Shown in pieces: positions 9,851-16,393 of a stretch of DNA of 30,554 nucleotides. The stretch is from a virus. Taxonomy: Duplodnaviria; Caudoviricetes. A model generated the notes under the pieces. That model did no database searches. It was given only the letters and a program-made list of their open reading frames with translations, and was not told the DNA's origin. The translations under genes were made by a program, and so were the position numbers. The stretch is taken from positions 1 to 30,554 of IMG/VR virus record IMGVR_UViG_3300036987_000359; one strand, written 5' to 3'. The stretch's first letter is position 1. Each line of letters begins with the position of its first letter.

Positions 9851-9978
9851 ATCCCGTCAGCCTGGTCACATTCCCCTCACCCCCCGCCCTCTCCATCAAT
9901 CCCGTCAGTCCGGTCATTCCCGTCAATCCGGTCCGTGCCCGTCCCCGCTCTGAAATCTGAAATCTGCAATCTGCGATC
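9851..9978 (+). repeat. Composite repeat: 9-mer array, GTCC spacer, 7-mer array
   Basis: ccatcaatcccgtcagtccggtcattcccgtcaatccggtccgtgcccgtcc, then tctgaaatctgaaatctgcaatctgcgatc. Confidence 0.92.
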
Positions 9979-9979
9979 A

Positions 9980-10696
9980 TCACCCCGCCCCTCCCAACCA
10001 CCGCCTCACCAAATCCCTCAGCTCCAACACATCCTCATCCTGCACCACCAGAAACGGCCGCGCCGGAATACCCCGCCGCGCATCCCCGAACTGGTGAGTT
10101 GCCGCATAAACCACATTCGTCCCGATCACCACACGCCGCGCCTCCACCAGCGCGCGCCCACGCGAGAACCCCGCCGGCGCCTTACCGCGCCCCCCGCCTT
10201 CCCCCGTAATGCTCGACCGCAAAAACCCACGGTCCAACAGGATCTTCCCCTCCAACACCGCCCGCACCGCCGCCGTTCGAAACGCCAGCCCCGCCCCCGC
10301 AAACTTGTTCAGCCCCCGATGCCGCGACCGCAGGATCCTCCCCGTCCGCCCGCTCCGCGCAAACCCCGCCACCGTGCTCAGCGCCCCCACACCACTCCGC
10401 GCCACCAGCCCGCGATCACGCTTATAAAGCGCATTGCTCCCCGCAAACCGCGCCTTCCCCTTATCCTTCTCCGCCAGCTTCTTCGCAGCCGCCGTCCGCA
10501 GGTACCGCCGCAACAGCGTATTCACCGCCAGCGCCGCCCACCGCTCCGGCCGTCCCTGCGCATCAAAGTTCTTCTTGATCGACCCCACCATCCAAACCCC
10601 CCACTGCCGCAACGGCACCCGGAAATCCAACAGCCGCGCCCCCAACCCCTCCACCCGCCCCACAAACTCCCGAGCATCAATCACCACCCGAGCCAT
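9980..10696 (-). CDS. Virion morphogenesis / tail completion protein (Mu gpG-like)
   Basis: NFDAQGRPERWAAL, ILLDRGFLRSSI, IGTNVVYAATHQFG, IPARPFL motifs. Confidence 0.88.
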   Translation of the reverse strand: MARVVIDAREFVGRVEGLGARLLDFRVPLRQWGVWMVGSIKKNFDAQGRPERWAALAVNTLLRRYLRTAAAKKLAEKDKGKARFAGSNALYKRDRGLVARSGVGALSTVAGFARSGRTGRILRSRHRGLNKFAGAGLAFRTAAVRAVLEGKILLDRGFLRSSITGEGGGRGKAPAGFSRGRALVEARRVVIGTNVVYAATHQFGDARRGIPARPFLVVQDEDVLELRDLVRRWLGGAG

Positions 10697-10705
10697 CAAC
10701 CCACT

Positions 10706-10821
10706 CCGTCCATAAGGTCAATCAAGTCCATAAGGTCCATCCAGTCCATCTCCACGCCCCCGCAAGAATTCAGAATTGCCGCCCCCGCCCGGAAAAGCGG
10801 GGGATAGGTCCCATAGGTCCC
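10706..10821 (+). repeat. Variant 9-mer arrays (GTCCATAAG, ATAGGTCCC) plus GAATTCAGAATT
   Basis: gtccataaggtcaatcaagtccataaggtccatccagtccatc; gaattcagaatt; ataggtcccataggtccc. Confidence 0.8.
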
Positions 10822-10853
10822 ACCCCCGCCCGCCACCCGAGCCGGAGCCGCCA

Positions 10854-11414
10854 CTACGGCGTAAACACCACCGCCGTCGTCGGATCCCCAATCGTCATCA
10901 GCGGATCCAGCTTCGTCGGATCCGTCGTGTTCTTGTTCACGATCGCCCGGAACCCGAACACCAGCGCACGCTCCGCGTTCACCTTGAACGAATACGGAGT
11001 ATCCACCTCCAGCTCCACCAGCGGAAGCGTCACATCCTCCGTCACATCCACGTCCGCCAGAGCCTTCGGGTGAAACACCAGCTTGCCCACCGGCACCGCA
11101 GCGCCCGCGCGCGGATCCACGTCCACGCTCACCTTCGCCGGTGGGCCCGCCACCGTCGTCTTCGTGCTCGAAAGCGCCAGCGCCACATTGTCCAGGCTCC
11201 ACTCCTGCAACGTGATCTTCCCGCCGATCTCGCACCCCGTCCACACGCTCCCCACCGGAGTCTCGCCCAGCTCATGCACCTTGATGTCGAACTTCGACCG
11301 CTTCACCGCGATCTCAGCACCCTCCTTCGTAAACCCCAGCACCACCGCCGAGCCGCCATTCGGCGTATACGTCACCTTCGCCGCCCCCACCTTCACCGTC
11401 GTAATCTGCGCCAT
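10854..11414 (-). CDS. Major tail tube protein (siphovirus type)
   Basis: VKVGAAKVTY...LGFTKEGAEI...DIKVHELGETPV...ITLQEWSLDNVALAL pattern; 186 aa; GAGGT Shine-Dalgarno. Confidence 0.75.
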   Translation of the reverse strand: MAQITTVKVGAAKVTYTPNGGSAVVLGFTKEGAEIAVKRSKFDIKVHELGETPVGSVWTGCEIGGKITLQEWSLDNVALALSSTKTTVAGPPAKVSVDVDPRAGAAVPVGKLVFHPKALADVDVTEDVTLPLVELEVDTPYSFKVNAERALVFGFRAIVNKNTTDPTKLDPLMTIGDPTTAVVFTP

Positions 11415-11452
11415 CCTACCTCACCATCCTTTCAAGATCTCCCCCCGCCAAA

Positions 11453-11511
11453 CCCGTCAATCAACCCCCCGCCCGCCGCCATTCAGAACTCAGAATTCAG
11501 AATTCAGAATT
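11453..11511 (+). repeat. Short 9-mer remnant plus TTCAGAA 7-mer array
   Basis: cccgtcaatc...attcagaactcagaattcagaattcagaatt. Confidence 0.88.
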
Positions 11512-11516
11512 GCCTA

Positions 11517-11927
11517 CTACCCCCTCACCAGGTACTTCCGCCCCTGCCCGTCCACCAGGTCCTTCACCCTCTTCCAGATCTCATGCGACACCGTCACCAC
11601 CTGCCCCGACCCAACCACCAGGTCGCCACCATCCGGCCCCGCCCGCTCGATAACAACCCGCTCCAGCACCCCACACCGCGCCGGATTCAACCGCACCCGA
11701 TGACGCGCCCACCCCAACCGCCCCACCCCATCAACCTCGTCCCCCCCGTCACCGCTTCCGCCCCCCCCGTCCGCCTGGTCAACCTGGTCAGTCCGGTCAT
11801 CCCCCGCGCCTTCCTGCTCACCCGCGCCGTCCGTGCCCGTCCCCGCCCGTCCCTGCCCGTCAATCTCCCCCCCCGTCAGTCCCGTCACTTCATCCCCCCG
11901 CTTCTCACGCTTCGCCATCGCCCGCAT
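11517..11927 (-). CDS. Hypothetical protein; N-terminal half encoded by degenerate repeats
   Basis: VTGLTGGEIDG...DDRTDQVDQADG from 9-mers; globular-looking C-terminal ~65 aa; start uncertain. Confidence 0.6.
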   Translation of the reverse strand: MRAMAKREKRGDEVTGLTGGEIDGQGRAGTGTDGAGEQEGAGDDRTDQVDQADGGGGSGDGGDEVDGVGRLGWARHRVRLNPARCGVLERVVIERAGPDGGDLVVGSGQVVTVSHEIWKRVKDLVDGQGRKYLVRG

Positions 11928-12210
11928 CCTCCTGCAATCTGCAATCTGCGATCTGCAATCCCTTCCCCCGAAACCAAACCCGCGCCTTCACCGCCCGCCG
12001 CACCCGCCGCTCCCGCTTCGGATCCCACTTCCAGCCCTTCAGCTCCCGCCGCTCAAACCGACCCAGCCCATAGATCCTCACACACTCACCCCCCGCAACC
12101 GCCGCCCGGATCACCCCCGTCACCACCCCCACAATCTCAACCGCCTGGCTCAAACTCACTCCCCCCGAAACCGCCATCCGACGAGCCAGCCGCAACGTCC
12201 CCGCCGCCAT
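11905..12210 (-). CDS. HU/IHF-family DNA-binding protein
   Basis: LARRMAVSGGVSLSQAVEIVGVVTGVIRAAVAGGECVRIYGLGRFERRELKG...DPK...KARVWFRG fits the HU helix-helix / V.I.GFG.F / arm pattern; C-terminus includes 7-mer-derived LQIADCRLQ. Confidence 0.78.
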   Translation of the reverse strand: MAAGTLRLARRMAVSGGVSLSQAVEIVGVVTGVIRAAVAGGECVRIYGLGRFERRELKGWKWDPKRERRVRRAVKARVWFRGKGLQIADCRLQEDAGDGEA

Positions 12211-12286
12211 CGCCTCCGGCCCCTCCCTCCAAGGCCCCCGGCTCACCCGATCAATCCCTTTCTCCGTCTCATTGTCCCTGTCAGTC

Positions 12287-12329
12287 CTGAAATCTGCAAT
12301 CTGCAATCTGAGATCTGAGATCTGCGATC
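12287..12329 (+). repeat. 7-mer array ATCTG[AC][AG], ~6 units
   Basis: ctgaaatctgcaatctgcaatctgagatctgagatctgcgatc. Confidence 0.93.
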
Positions 12330-12340
12330 CTCTTCCCCCC

Positions 12341-12805
12341 TCAGAACCCCCCCAGCCCGCCACCCGCAAACACCCCCCCGATCCCCTCATCCACCGCACC
12401 ATCCACGCTCGTCTCCACCTCCGACGTCGTCCCGCTCGAAACCTCACCACCAACCTGCCGCCCCATCTCGCTCACCCCCTCCAGCCACTCCACCGCCAGG
12501 TCATAGTCTGCCCGGTACGCCTTCCGGAACTCCGGCTTCCGCCGAAACAGGTTATAGATCGCAACCACCGCAACCGCCCGCTTCAGCTCACCGCTCACCG
12601 GCGACACCGGCACAACATACCGGCCCCGCAGGTATCCGTCCGCCTCAGTCTCCGCCGCCGCGATCGCCGTCAGGATATTCCTCTCCGTCTGCTCCTCGAG
12701 TGCATCCAAGGTCTCCGAAGCCGGATCCCCATCAGCCAGCGCAACAATCCGCTCCTCCGGAAAGTAATCCTTCAGATCCACCACCTGCACATAATTCCCC
12801 ATCAC
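12341..12805 (-). CDS. Head-tail adaptor, Mu gp36-like (DUF1320)
   Basis: YVQVVDL...AIAAAETEADGYLRGRYVVPV...AIYNLFRR...DYDLAVEWLEGVSEM; GGAGGT SD. Confidence 0.88.
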   Translation of the reverse strand: MMGNYVQVVDLKDYFPEERIVALADGDPASETLDALEEQTERNILTAIAAAETEADGYLRGRYVVPVSPVSGELKRAVAVVAIYNLFRRKPEFRKAYRADYDLAVEWLEGVSEMGRQVGGEVSSGTTSEVETSVDGAVDEGIGGVFAGGGLGGF

Positions 12806-12839
12806 GCACCTCCGCCCAAAAGCCCCACCAAGCCGCCCA

Positions 12840-12865
12840 TCCCGTCAATCCGGTCAATCCGGTCC
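12840..12865 (+). repeat. 9-mer array
   Basis: tcccgtcaatccggtcaatccggtcc. Confidence 0.85.
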
Positions 12866-12866
12866 T

Positions 12867-13139
12867 TCACACCCGTCGCACCTTCTTCGTATCCGCCAGC
12901 CCCGGTCGGCCCCGCTTGCCCTTCACCACCCCTTTCATTACCTTATCGGCGATCCTCTCAGCCACGTCCTCCACCCGCTCCACCGCAAACCACCCGTGCG
13001 CAATCTCCTCCGCCACCAGCGCACCATCGTCCAACCACACCCCCATCGCCGTCACCGCAACCACCTCGCCGCTCGCCAGCCGCGTAAGCATCGTCCCCGT
13101 AGGATGCCCCGCCTTCAGCGTCACCAGGATCCGTCCCAT
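12867..13139 (-). CDS. Small hypothetical protein after the capsid gene (gp35 position)
   Basis: MGRILVTLKAGHPTG..., 90 aa, GGAG SD, basic C-terminus KRGRPG. Confidence 0.65.
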   Translation of the reverse strand: MGRILVTLKAGHPTGTMLTRLASGEVVAVTAMGVWLDDGALVAEEIAHGWFAVERVEDVAERIADKVMKGVVKGKRGRPGLADTKKVRRV

Positions 13140-13157
13140 CACTCCATCCAATCCTTT

Positions 13158-13194
13158 CCCCCCGAAGGGGGGGTGGAGCCCCCCGACTCCACCC
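13158..13194 (-). terminator. Double hairpin downstream of the capsid gene (attenuator or mRNA-stability element)
   Basis: GGGTGGAG-N8-CTCCACCC followed by CCCC-TTCG-GGGG (cUUCGg tetraloop); no U tract. Confidence 0.5.
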
Positions 13195-13230
13195 GTCAAC
13201 CAAGTCAACCAGGTCAACCCGGTCAATCCC
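13192..13230 (+). repeat. 9-mer array (4 units)
   Basis: cccgtcaac caagtcaac caggtcaac ccggtcaat ccc. Confidence 0.88.
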
Positions 13231-13239
13231 ATCCGCCCC

Positions 13240-14151
13240 CTAAGCGATCGTTCCCACGCTCACCGCGTAGCGCCAGTCGCCGTACCCGGCGTTCCCGCGC
13301 CACTCCGTCCCGAAGAACACCTTCCCGCGCATGAACGCCTCGTCGCTCGTCACGTCCGTGTTGCTCAGACGCACCGGCAGTTCCTCCTGGAGGATGAACC
13401 CGCGAAGCATCCCGGCACGATTCTCCAGGATCCACGCATTTCCCGACAGACCGGTGTCCACTTCCACCCGCGCCTGCCCCGCGTAGATGTTCTTCCCGCC
13501 GGCCGCCAGCGTCGGATTCTCGAACACCTCGCGCATGATGAACTCCATCGCCGGAGAACACACCACCACCAGGTCCAGCGCAACCCGCACCGGCTTCTGG
13601 CCGCGATCGTCCTTGAACGCGGTCATCGCCGTCCTGGCCGCCACGAAGTCCGTCTTCACGTTGTCGATCGTCGCCCCCGTCTGGCTCAGCTTGTTGCTCT
13701 GCGTGCCGCTGTCGCCCTCCGAGTGCGTCGTCGCGAAGAACGCCGCACCGTCATAACACAGCAGCGTCGCCCCGCTCTTGCGAAGCGTGCTCAGCAACCC
13801 GTGCGGGAAATCCTTCGCCCGCACCGCCAGATCGCCGATACGCACACGGATCGCGCCGATCTGGTCACGCTCCAGCTCCGGGACATCCACGCTCAGCGAG
13901 TTCTCGAAACGCTTGTTGCGGATCGTGTACTCCCAGTCGCGCAGACCCGCCGGCACACGCTCGTCTTTCCACTCGCGCATGTTCGGAGCCTGACCCAGCC
14001 AACCGTACTTCTCGCTCGCACTCCCGGACGGCGCAAACAGCATCGCCGCCAGGTAGTCCGCCGGCGCACCCTCGAAAGCCTTGATAAAATCACGCTTCAA
14101 GGTGGCCGTGTTCGTTACCACCAACCCAACCACATCACCCATGATCGGCAC
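13240..14151 (-). CDS. Major capsid protein, Mu gpT-like
   Basis: EKYGWLGQAPNMREW, YTIRNKRFENSL...ERDQIG, LCYDGAAFFATTH, RGNAGYGDW motifs; AGGAAGGGAG SD. Confidence 0.93.
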   Translation of the reverse strand: MPIMGDVVGLVVTNTATLKRDFIKAFEGAPADYLAAMLFAPSGSASEKYGWLGQAPNMREWKDERVPAGLRDWEYTIRNKRFENSLSVDVPELERDQIGAIRVRIGDLAVRAKDFPHGLLSTLRKSGATLLCYDGAAFFATTHSEGDSGTQSNKLSQTGATIDNVKTDFVAARTAMTAFKDDRGQKPVRVALDLVVVCSPAMEFIMREVFENPTLAAGGKNIYAGQARVEVDTGLSGNAWILENRAGMLRGFILQEELPVRLSNTDVTSDEAFMRGKVFFGTEWRGNAGYGDWRYAVSVGTIA

Positions 14152-14212
14152 TCCCTTCCTCTCTCATCCCCCCGAGCCACCCCCCGCTAATCACAACCCC
14201 GCCCGGAGCGCC

Positions 14213-14238
14213 GCGGCGGTTCCCCCCGCAACCGCCGC
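14213..14238. promoter_or_regulatory. 9-bp stem-loop between the decoration and capsid genes
   Basis: GCGGCGGTT-N8-AACCGCCGC; the T run precedes the stem on the mRNA strand, so not a canonical terminator. Confidence 0.45.
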
Positions 14239-14247
14239 AAAAGCCCG

Positions 14248-14658
14248 TCAGGCGACACGCCTGTCGATGTCCACGTCCACGATGCCCGAGCCCACCCGAA
14301 CCGCCACGCCGCACTTCACCGGCGCCACCGGAGCAGTCGCCGTCACCGTCGAGTCATCGCTCACGTACAGAACATCGCCGATCACCGGAGCCGTGCCCGT
14401 GTACGGGAACGTGAACACGCCCTTCCTGTAGCACCGGACATCCCGCGCGCTTGCCGCGCCCGCCGAATTGTCCGCCTGCTCGTAGCTCACCCCCACGAAC
14501 GCCTGTCCCGCCGTCGCCGAACCCGGCTCCGCCAGACCCGTCGCCGTCACCACGTTCACCAGGATGCCCTTGAAGATCTTCGTCGCCGCCTTCATCGCGA
14601 ACGCGATCAGGTTCCCGTCCAGCCGTGCAATTTCCTTGTCAACCGTTGCTGCTGCCAT
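14248..14658 (-). CDS. Head decoration / capsid cement protein
   Basis: MKAATKIFKG...FVGVSYEQADNSAGA...V...RKGVF...IGDVLYVSDDSTV; directly upstream of the capsid gene. Confidence 0.82.
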   Translation of the reverse strand: MAAATVDKEIARLDGNLIAFAMKAATKIFKGILVNVVTATGLAEPGSATAGQAFVGVSYEQADNSAGAASARDVRCYRKGVFTFPYTGTAPVIGDVLYVSDDSTVTATAPVAPVKCGVAVRVGSGIVDVDIDRRVA

Positions 14659-14698
14659 CTTGTCTCACCATCCCTTCATCCGTTTTCCCCCCGCCATC

Positions 14699-14736
14699 AT
14701 CCGCAATCTGCAATCTGCAATTTGCGATCCGTTGTT
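14699..14736 (+). repeat. 7-mer array with conserved flank ...GATCCGTTGTT
   Basis: atccgcaatctgcaatctgcaatttgcgatccgttgtt; same flank at 20900-20910. Confidence 0.88.
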
Positions 14737-15158
14737 TACTGCTTCGGCCCCAGGCTCAACGACACCGAACGCCGCGCCAGCGACACATCGCTCTCCACCT
14801 GGTCCTCCGGTCGATCGCCGCCGCCGTCCCTCTCCGTGAACAGCGCCGCGAACTTCGCCGTCCACAGCTCGCCGATCAGACTCTTCAGCTCCACCCAGGT
14901 CTCCCTGTGCTTCAGCCCGAACGCCTCCAGCTTCGTCGCCATGCCCGGAGATACCCGCTTCTCCTTCACCAGGCGCGCCGAAAAACGCTTCACGTCCTCC
15001 TCATGCGCCTTCACCGCCGCCTCCGCTTGTTCCGTCCGAAGCCGATCAGCCTCAGCCTGAGCCTCCTGCAATTCCCGGTACTCCGTACCCTGGCGGAATT
15101 CCTCCACCGCCCTGGCACGCTCCTTCTCGATCCGCTCCAGGATCTCCTGCTCCGTCAT
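14736..15158 (-). CDS. Nested in-frame scaffolding protein (Mu gpZ-like), 140 aa
   Basis: Strong internal SD GGAGGTGA 7 nt before an in-frame ATG (MTEQEILERIEKE). Confidence 0.65.
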   Translation of the reverse strand: MTEQEILERIEKERARAVEEFRQGTEYRELQEAQAEADRLRTEQAEAAVKAHEEDVKRFSARLVKEKRVSPGMATKLEAFGLKHRETWVELKSLIGELWTAKFAALFTERDGGGDRPEDQVESDVSLARRSVSLSLGPKQ

Positions 15159-15770
15159 CTTGTCCTCACCTCCATCCTGCCTCGAAATCAGAAAATCCGA
15201 CTCCGGCGCCCGATACGCCATCAGCGCATCCGCCAGGGCCATAAGGTGTTCTTTCCGGTCCGCCCCCACCGCATTCTGCAATCTGCAATCTGCGATCCGC
15301 GATCCGCGATCTGCCACCCAGTCCACACGCTTCCGCCCCACACCCTCCCGAAACGTCACCATCCCCATCCCCGGCACAGACGGCTGGCTCGCCCCCAAAA
15401 ACGCCACACCCGCCAGCGTCGGCCCCCGCCCGTCAAGGTTCGGGTAGATCTCCACGCTCCGGTTCGGAAACTCCCGCGCGTTCACCGCATCCAGAAACCA
15501 CGGACGCAGATCCTTCACCTTCGCCAGCAACCGGCCGCCCAGGTGACGCAGTCCCGCGATCCAGCCACCCGCCGGCTTCTCCTCATCGCTGAACCAGTTC
15601 GTGTGCCCCAGGAACACCGGCACCGGACGGAACTCCGGATCAAAGTTAATCACCAGCGTGTCCAGGTACTCCTCTGCGTACTCCTCCCCGTTATGCACGC
15701 CCACCCGGAAAATCTCGAACTCCACTTCCGGGGTCACATTCTCGCCTCTCGGCTCCATCAACCCAGCCAT
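14736..15770 (-). CDS. Prohead protease / scaffold, Mu gpI-like
   Basis: EIFRVGVH, PVFLGH...PAGGWI..L, FPNRSVEI, LAGVAFLGASQPSVPGM; coiled-coil C-terminus. Confidence 0.85.
   Translation of the reverse strand: MAGLMEPRGENVTPEVEFEIFRVGVHNGEEYAEEYLDTLVINFDPEFRPVPVFLGHTNWFSDEEKPAGGWIAGLRHLGGRLLAKVKDLRPWFLDAVNAREFPNRSVEIYPNLDGRGPTLAGVAFLGASQPSVPGMGMVTFREGVGRKRVDWVADRGSRIADCRLQNAVGADRKEHLMALADALMAYRAPESDFLISRQDGGEDKMTEQEILERIEKERARAVEEFRQGTEYRELQEAQAEADRLRTEQAEAAVKAHEEDVKRFSARLVKEKRVSPGMATKLEAFGLKHRETWVELKSLIGELWTAKFAALFTERDGGGDRPEDQVESDVSLARRSVSLSLGPKQ
15274..15314 (+). repeat. 7-mer array in frame inside the protease gene
   Basis: ttctgcaatctgcaatctgcgatccgcgatccgcgatctgc encodes ADRGSRIADCRLQ. 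Confidence 0.92.
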
Positions 15771-16366
15771 CAAAACCTCTCCTTTCCAGTCACCCATCGC
15801 CCGAAATCACAAACCTTCCCCCAGATCCAAACCGGCACCAGCACCACCCCCATCAACACCGTCTCCCCAAACGAAAACTGCGAATGCCCCAACTTCTTCC
15901 GGGCCCCGTCATCCGGCCGCCACCCATCGTCAGCCGGCCGCCAGGCGTCAGCCGCCCGCTTCTCATCCGTCCTCGAGCTCCGCGGCAGGTCCTGTCCGTC
16001 GTCCCCGCTCCTCTTCACGCCTTCCATCCCGCCCTCCACCACCGCCCGCTTCACCCACTCCGGCGCCGCCGCTACCCCCCGCGCGATCTCCCGGACAGCC
16101 ACATCGCTGTCAGTCGTAACCGTCGTCCCCGACAACTCCACCGTCGTCCGCTGCAGGAACGTCCGCTGCCTCACAACCCCCGCGTCAGTCCACGTACACC
16201 CCGAGCAGCACACCAGGCAGCACAACCCAAGGAACCCGATCACACCCCCCACCAGCATCGCCCCCAACCAGTTCTCTTCCTCCCGCCACTCCGCCCCCTC
16301 GCCATCGTCAATCCGGTCAATCTCGTCAATCCAGTCAATCTCGTCAATCCGGTCATCCCGTACCAT
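15770..16366 (-). CDS. Membrane/lipoprotein-like hypothetical protein
   Basis: Hydrophobic stretch LVGGVIGFLGLCCLVCCSGC and a second TM-like segment near the C-terminus; N-terminus DDRIDEIDWIDEIDRIDD encoded by 9-mers. Confidence 0.6.
   Translation of the reverse strand: MVRDDRIDEIDWIDEIDRIDDGEGAEWREEENWLGAMLVGGVIGFLGLCCLVCCSGCTWTDAGVVRQRTFLQRTTVELSGTTVTTDSDVAVREIARGVAAAPEWVKRAVVEGGMEGVKRSGDDGQDLPRSSRTDEKRAADAWRPADDGWRPDDGARKKLGHSQFSFGETVLMGVVLVPVWIWGKVCDFGRWVTGKERF
16306..16358 (+). repeat. 9-mer array (6 units)
   Basis: cgtcaatc cggtcaatc tcgtcaatc cagtcaatc tcgtcaatc cggtcatcc. Confidence 0.93.
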
Positions 16367-16393
16367 AGCTCAAACACCTCCGCTCCCTCGCGC

